A stretch of DNA of 13,034 nucleotides from Promethearchaeota archaeon Loki_b31. GTDB taxonomy: Archaea; Asgardarchaeota; Lokiarchaeia; Sigyniarchaeales; SOKP01. The stretch lies in contig NJBI01000079.1 in NCBI GenBank assembly GCA_005222975.1, forward strand, positions 1 to 13,034. The letters are read 5' to 3'. A model generated the notes under the pieces. That model was not told where the DNA came from and made no database searches. It saw only the letters and a list, made by a program, of their open reading frames with translations. Positions 7,984 to 13,034 of this stretch are shown piece after piece (the first letter of the stretch is position 1; every line of letters starts with the position of its first letter). Made by a program: the position numbers and the translations under genes.

Positions 7984-8856
7984 ATGGTTGAATCTAATAA
8001 AGAAGATCAAGTTTTTGAACTAAAAGATGGTCGCAAGCTTGGATATGCTGAAACTGGAGATTTAAACGGCGAACCTATCTTTCATTTCCATGGACATCCC
8101 AGATCTCGTATTGAAATTAGACTTTTTGGTGAAAAACCAAAAGAACATGGAGTTCATTTGATAGCGGTTGATCGCCCGGGAATTGGGCTTTCTGATTTCC
8201 AGCCTGAACGAACCCTTTTAGATTGGCCAGACGATATTATCGAACTAGCTGATCATTTAGGACTAGATAAATTCGTTGTCGAGGGGATATCGGGTGGAGG
8301 TCCTTACGCAGCTGCTTGTGCGTATAAAATCTCTGAAAGGTTAAAATGTTGTGGTATAATTGCCGGGATGGGATTAATTAATTGGAGTAGAAAGGGAATG
8401 ATGCTATCGAATCGTATTTCCTTTTTTATCTCGCGAAGACTTCCATTCCTTATAAAAACGATAGTAAAAGCAGAAAAGAAAGCGTTTGAAGACCAAAAAT
8501 CAATAGAAGATTTTGCTAAAAAACTTCCAGAGCCAGACAGAATATTATTTCAAGATCCTCAAATATTAAATATTTTTATAGAAGAAACCAAAGAAGCTTT
8601 CCGTCCCGGATTAGATGGTGTGGTAATGGAAGAAAAAATATATGCAAAACCATGGGGATTTGATTTAAAGGATATCTCTTCAGATCTGCAGGTATATTTA
8701 TGGCATGGTGAGATGGATGTGTTCGTTCCGAGTTCATTTGGACGGAAGATGTGTGAGTTAATCCCAAATTGTAAGGGATATTTCTTTCCGAATGAAGGTC
8801 ATCTTTCCGTAGGTTATAATCATGCCGATGAAATTCTTGAAACTTTAAAATCTTAA
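7984..8856 (+). CDS. Alpha/beta-fold serine hydrolase
   Basis: LKDGRKLGYAE.G, FHG.P.SR, DRPGIGLSD, nucleophile elbow GISGG, WHGEMD (acid) and NEGH (His). Confidence 0.92.
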   Translation: MVESNKEDQVFELKDGRKLGYAETGDLNGEPIFHFHGHPRSRIEIRLFGEKPKEHGVHLIAVDRPGIGLSDFQPERTLLDWPDDIIELADHLGLDKFVVEGISGGGPYAAACAYKISERLKCCGIIAGMGLINWSRKGMMLSNRISFFISRRLPFLIKTIVKAEKKAFEDQKSIEDFAKKLPEPDRILFQDPQILNIFIEETKEAFRPGLDGVVMEEKIYAKPWGFDLKDISSDLQVYLWHGEMDVFVPSSFGRKMCELIPNCKGYFFPNEGHLSVGYNHADEILETLKS

Positions 8857-8880
8857 AATCAATTTTTTTATTTATTTTAA

Positions 8881-8983
8881 CTTGAGTGTTATTGTGAAAC
8901 GATGTGCAAAAATCCGGCATAAAGCGATAACACCAAGAATCCTATAAAAACAATTAAACCTATATAAAACCTATTTCGATAGG
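8881..8983 (+). other. Structured intergenic element between convergent genes: a long stem-loop (8881-8937) plus a CCTAT-TTCG-ATAGG hairpin (8970-8983); possible ncRNA, 3'UTR element or terminator
   Basis: CTTG(A)GTGTTATTG (8881-8894) pairs with CGATAACACCAAG (8925-8937), giving 13 bp with one bulge and one G-U. Inner stem is TGTGC/GCATA. The G-U pairs favour the + strand. Confidence 0.4.
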
Positions 8984-9024
8984 CATAATAAAAAATAAAA
9001 TAAGAAATAATTTTTGTTTATGTA

Positions 9025-9771
9025 TTAACTAATATCCGAGCCGCATAAGGGACAGAATTTTCCTAATCCGGATAATTTGGTTCCACAATTTGGGCAAAAA
9101 CTACTTGCTACTTTGTTTATGCTAATTGATCGAGACTCCGGTAAGTTCACTTGTATCGGTGATGTTTTCGGAACATCATATAATAACAAGGTATTCAATT
9201 TTGCTAATTTAAAATATCCTATAATTTGATATATAAATCCAATTATTGCAGTGATTATTAAAAATCCTAACGCATTCAATAAAGCAGCCGTTTTTAACTT
9301 ATCGCACCCGTCAATTAATTCATGAGAAATGCTACCTGGAAACATACTCCTATTTTCTTCAAAGAATCGCTTCAAGTTTTTCCATGCTTTCATTTCAGCA
9401 ACCACGCTGGTTATTCCAAATGTTAAACCAGCTAAAATAAGAATTACGCTTATAGAAACGGTTATCCAAAAAGAATCGAAATCAGACGGTATAAAGAAAA
9501 AGAAAACCAAGTTTATAACTCCTATCATTAGCACGATTGTACCACATATTCTTAAAATGAAAGCCCTAACATATTTCGAACGAAATTCCTCTAAATATTC
9601 GTTATTTAATTTAAGATTTGCCTTTTTGATATTTCCTAAAGCAATAAATATAAAGATTAACGCTATTAAGCTCGTCACACCAGTAACTATACTTAAAACG
9701 GTACAAATTGCTACAATTTGCATATTTTTCCCAAATTCGTAGAAATCTTTTCTAACATCCATATTTGACAT
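9025..9771 (-). CDS. Multi-pass membrane protein with C-terminal double zinc ribbon (DUF973/DUF996-like archaeal architecture)
   Basis: Several hydrophobic segments separated by amphipathic helices, a P/S-rich linker and C-terminal FCPNCG...FCPLCG. Confidence 0.8.
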   Translation of the reverse strand: MSNMDVRKDFYEFGKNMQIVAICTVLSIVTGVTSLIALIFIFIALGNIKKANLKLNNEYLEEFRSKYVRAFILRICGTIVLMIGVINLVFFFFIPSDFDSFWITVSISVILILAGLTFGITSVVAEMKAWKNLKRFFEENRSMFPGSISHELIDGCDKLKTAALLNALGFLIITAIIGFIYQIIGYFKLAKLNTLLLYDVPKTSPIQVNLPESRSISINKVASSFCPNCGTKLSGLGKFCPLCGSDIS

Positions 9772-9914
9772 TTTTATAAATCCATTTTTTGATATATTTA
9801 CTTAATATATTTTTTGTCATTTAATATCATTATAGGAGTCCATTAATTGCTTTGAGAATATTTTTATATATAATTAAATTGAGATATAAGTTTAAATTTT
9901 AGATTCGAGAATTT

Positions 9915-10745
9915 CTAAAAGAAGCGTTGGATATATTCAATACTTTCTGGTAAATCTTCCACTTTATGCAGTTCCATAATCATTGCGCCTTTATAATTAA
10001 ACTTTTTTGCTAATTCAAATACCAATTGAAAATCTACTGAGCCTTTTCCAAGAGTAGGATGAATATCTAAATCATTCTTAAAATGTTCAACTAAATGGAT
10101 ATTTTTAATACGATTATGTAATTTATTCCATATCTCTTCAATATTATCCTTACAAGATGCAGTATGACCTGTATCCCACGCTAAGAAGATATCCCCTCGA
10201 TTAATATCGGAAAAGAATTTATTAAACTCGTCATGATTCAGAAAAAAGCCAGCATTTCTCGGCATATTCTCTAAAGATGTAATTAATTGGAAGCTTTTTA
10301 TTTTTTCTAGTAAAAAATTAACTGCGTCTATAAGGCGATTATTAACGCCATTATACCACTGGTGTAAAAATTGCGCATTTCCTGGATGAATAGTAAAAAT
10401 TTCTGCTCCAATTGCCTTGCTTACTTCAGCTGATTTTATGTAACATTCTATTGTAGCGTTTAAAATCCATGGATTATGAGTGCACAAGCTTAAATACGCA
10501 TAAGGTGCATGGAATTGTTTTTTGATAGAAGGAAATGAATTGCATAAATCGATAAACGCTTGTTTTTCTTCAGAAACTAAGATTTCAGGAGGATCCAAGA
10601 TTAATTCACAGATTTTTATGTCATTTCTTTCAGCGAAATTAAAAGTTCTCTCAATTGCATTGAGCAACAATTCTTTTGAACTTTTAAATTTTCCGCGATT
10701 AATATTATCGTAAATAAAGGCTATAGAGCCAAGTCCAAGTTTCAT
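9915..10745 (-). CDS. Sugar phosphate isomerase/epimerase / AP-endonuclease-2 family TIM-barrel metalloenzyme
   Basis: Motifs in order: QFHAP, TIHPG, SLENMP, WDTGH, IHL, DIH..LGKG.VDF and IMEL. Confidence 0.88.
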   Translation of the reverse strand: MKLGLGSIAFIYDNINRGKFKSSKELLLNAIERTFNFAERNDIKICELILDPPEILVSEEKQAFIDLCNSFPSIKKQFHAPYAYLSLCTHNPWILNATIECYIKSAEVSKAIGAEIFTIHPGNAQFLHQWYNGVNNRLIDAVNFLLEKIKSFQLITSLENMPRNAGFFLNHDEFNKFFSDINRGDIFLAWDTGHTASCKDNIEEIWNKLHNRIKNIHLVEHFKNDLDIHPTLGKGSVDFQLVFELAKKFNYKGAMIMELHKVEDLPESIEYIQRFF

Positions 10746-11015
10746 TTAAATCAAAAATTTGATGAGTTTATTTATTTAAAAATTCGATAATATTTATCAT
10801 TAATTTTGATTAAAAAATTATGCGTTTATTAATTCTTAATAGAAATAGATTTATACCTATAAATAATCATTTTTTTCAAACACTATTGAGTCAAATTACG
10901 AGAAAAAGTTAAATACTCAAATAAATACAATTGATTAAAGAGGTATTCAAATTAGTAAAAAAACCCCAATATCATTTAATTTAGAAAATATAGAAATTAT
11001 AAGAAGTAATTTTGC

Positions 11016-12383
11016 ATGTCTAACAATACAGAAGTTAATTTATTGGATAATTATACCTTTTTTGTAATACCAAGTTGGGGAAATTTACTCGACTATCCAA
11101 CTTTAGGTAAATATGCTAACCATAAAGTATCGAAAATAACCCAAGATCTAGTTATATTTTTTGGGGGATCTGAATGTGCGGTTTCAACGGAGAGAGGAAC
11201 TATATATTATCTTTTTGGTATAGGATATTATTATACTAAATTTGAGCTTCAAAGTGGAAGTTATATTATCGACAATAGACAATTAACGGGTTTGATCCTG
11301 TCAGATTTCTTATACGATCATTTAGCAACATCAAAAAATATTACACTAGAAAACGATCGCGATGTAATCGTTAGTGAGAACTTATTTAAGTTACCAATAG
11401 ATTTGTCTTATCAATCTGAAACTAAGCGTACATTTATTCAAGGAACGCTTATGAGAAATTTATTTATTCCATATAAAGATATCTTTTTAGAATTGATGGA
11501 AACTTTGAAAAAACCCCAATCTTTCCAAATAGATAAAACTAGTCCCATGCTTTTAAGCACGCACTGGGATTTCTACAATCAAATTTTAATTTCTTCTGAA
11601 ATGGATCATGAATTGAAAGCAAATTATACGAGCCCAACAGCTGGATTAAACGGAATTAAAATTGGTGCTAAAAACCACTTAAAAAGCTATTTTTCACAGC
11701 GGGATTTACAATACATTCAGGAATCGACTTTAAAATTGAAAAGGGTCTATTCTATGATGGAATACGATCCTATGTATTTGTTCTCAATAATCAGAAATGC
11801 TTCTGCTTTGTTGAGATCAGAAATAGTATCTACTAACTTTCAAAAAAGTGATAAAAACAATAAAAAAATACTAAAAGAATCAATTTTTATCTCTGCTGAA
11901 CCCCAGATTAATTCATTCGTCAATTGGCCAGAACAATTTAGAAGAAAAACAAAAGACGAATTGGAAAAATCGGTCGTACAAGTAGCTAATAAGATTTATC
12001 AACCTAACGAAGTTGACAAAAGTGCGTTACCTTTCAAGGAATACAGGAACGAGCAATACCAATTTGAAATTAGAACAATGAAGAGACCTATTGTTGAGTT
12101 AAAACCACTCCCTAACATGCCAACTAGTAACTCGTTAGATATTCTTTTAACTGTAAAGGATATCGTAAATAAAGATTACGATGTTAGATCTATAGGGAAG
12201 GCGCTTGAAATCGCACGAGATTACATCAAAAGTATGCTCTTACATTCAAATATTTTATGGGATATGAGTAAATTTGCCAATATCTTTCAACACACAGAAC
12301 CAAATTTAGGGTTGAGCCCCAAAGAGAAATTCGAATTGATAGAAAAAATCAATAAATGGATTAACCTAATAAAAAAAAGATAA
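11016..12383 (+). CDS. Uncharacterised 455-aa protein: N-terminal alpha/beta region, K/E/P-rich linker and C-terminal ~90-aa helical bundle
   Basis: Long ATG-initiated ORF with codon usage like its neighbours and no recognisable catalytic motif. Its stop lies 23 nt before the next ATG. Confidence 0.8.
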   Translation: MSNNTEVNLLDNYTFFVIPSWGNLLDYPTLGKYANHKVSKITQDLVIFFGGSECAVSTERGTIYYLFGIGYYYTKFELQSGSYIIDNRQLTGLILSDFLYDHLATSKNITLENDRDVIVSENLFKLPIDLSYQSETKRTFIQGTLMRNLFIPYKDIFLELMETLKKPQSFQIDKTSPMLLSTHWDFYNQILISSEMDHELKANYTSPTAGLNGIKIGAKNHLKSYFSQRDLQYIQESTLKLKRVYSMMEYDPMYLFSIIRNASALLRSEIVSTNFQKSDKNNKKILKESIFISAEPQINSFVNWPEQFRRKTKDELEKSVVQVANKIYQPNEVDKSALPFKEYRNEQYQFEIRTMKRPIVELKPLPNMPTSNSLDILLTVKDIVNKDYDVRSIGKALEIARDYIKSMLLHSNILWDMSKFANIFQHTEPNLGLSPKEKFELIEKINKWINLIKKR

Positions 12384-12406
12384 TTATTTTAAACTGGTTT
12401 CCTACT

Positions 12407-13034
12407 ATGGTAAATTATAAGTCTATTATTAAGAGTTTGCAAAAACATTATTCTGACGCAACCGAAGTAGTAGTCGTTGGTAACAAAGGGAAGGTTATTT
12501 ATTCCACTAGTAATTGGAGCGTGTCGAAAGATATTAAGGCCGTCTTATTTAGTTGGGGTAGTGGTAGTGCTCAATTTGTGAATATGAACGGTATCAGATA
12601 TTCAGTACTTCAAATGTCACCCGAAAGATTTATAGCAACTAACAGAAAGAAAAAAGGACACTTAGTTGGAGCATCAATCCTTGGTAGTGACATATCTCTC
12701 ATAGCTCACATAAAACCTAAAGCTAAAGGGTGGATGCACATGGCGTATCCCGCAGTTACGAGAGCAGCAGCTATGATGATAAAAGGATCAAAGTCACAAT
12801 TTGTTGAAACGGAAGTAGATGTTTCCGTTGAAAACGAACTTATCGCAAAAAGCAGTAGTATGGTAAAACCTACGATCGATCCATATCTCAAAGCTGAAGT
12901 GGAAGGATTTTTAGAATGGATTAACAATCCTCAAGGCTTAACTTCTTATCTCCTTCATTCATTACAAGAAAACGATCCATATAGAATCTCCAAACTTGCG
13001 GAGATTTATAATGAATTATATAGGATTTTTTACA
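12407..13034 (+). CDS. Asgard-type profilin domain protein with C-terminal extension (partial, runs off right edge; at least 209 aa)
   Basis: Hand translation: MVNYKSIIKSLQKHYSDATEVVVVGNKGKVIYSTSNWSVSKDIKAVLFSWGSGSAQFVNMNGIRYSVLQMSPERFIATNRKKKGHLVGASILGSDISLIAHIKPKAKGWMHMAYPAVTRAAAMMIKGSKSQFVETEVDVSVENELIAKSSSMVKPTIDPYLKAEVEGFLEWINNPQGLTSYLLHSLQENDPYRISKLAEIYNELYRIFY. There is no stop in 209 codons. Residues 1-126 follow the pattern I recall for Loki/Odin profilins: helix, hhhG.xGKhI..T.NW, helix, GI[KR]Y, ER.h.TN...KGHh, LIA.h.P and a final helix. Confidence 0.8.
   Translation, partial: MVNYKSIIKSLQKHYSDATEVVVVGNKGKVIYSTSNWSVSKDIKAVLFSWGSGSAQFVNMNGIRYSVLQMSPERFIATNRKKKGHLVGASILGSDISLIAHIKPKAKGWMHMAYPAVTRAAAMMIKGSKSQFVETEVDVSVENELIAKSSSMVKPTIDPYLKAEVEGFLEWINNPQGLTSYLLHSLQENDPYRISKLAEIYNELYRIFY

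Noticed and set aside
8891-8930. Resemblance to a c-di-GMP-I riboswitch (GAAA hairpin then GCAAA..CCGG..TAAA) or a hammerhead ribozyme (GAAAC)
   Set aside because: The upstream GGCAAA and the downstream pairing strand are missing, there is no CUGANGA core, and the site lies between convergent 3' ends.
8889-9017. Hydrophobic minus-strand open frame (...YRNRFYIGLIVFIGFLVLSLYAGFLHIVSQ*)
   Set aside because: No ATG after the upstream stop, and the hydrophobicity is explained by T-rich composition.
8576-10713. ORFs 8576..8920 (-), 9329..9742 (+) and 10522..10713 (+)
   Set aside because: Antisense to well-supported genes with no recognisable protein features.
12706-12927. 73-aa minus-strand ORF in the track
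   Set aside because: Antisense shadow of the longer + strand profilin-fusion ORF.
1-13034. Selenocysteine or pyrrolysine recoding, CRISPR arrays, tRNA/rRNA, transposases
   Set aside because: All complete main ORFs end in TAA or TAG after apparently complete domains with no in-frame TGA. No regularly spaced repeats, cloverleaf or GC-rich RNA-like segments, or transposase motifs were seen.

Overview
AT-rich, gene-dense window that most likely comes from an Asgard archaeon, probably Lokiarchaeia. This is inferred from a profilin-like gene, TATA-like rather than Shine-Dalgarno-dominated upstream regions, a geranylgeranyl-reductase-like gene and an archaeal-style zinc-ribbon membrane protein. The left part looks like a carbohydrate-utilisation cluster: a partial MFS-like transporter, a Cys-type sulfatase, a divergent GH94-like enzyme and a URO-D/MtaA-family protein. 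The middle holds a 43-aa CxxC small ORF, an FAD oxidoreductase, an alpha/beta hydrolase, a structured intergenic element, a membrane/double-zinc-ribbon protein and a TIM-barrel isomerase/endonuclease-family protein. The most notable feature is absent from the ORF track because it runs off the right edge. It is an ORF starting at 12407 (at least 209 aa) with a strongly basic Asgard-type profilin domain fused through a linker to an extra acidic helical domain. It lies 23 nt downstream of a 455-aa uncharacterised protein whose C-terminus may be a Vps28-like helical bundle. No rRNA, tRNA, CRISPR array or intact mobile element was seen.
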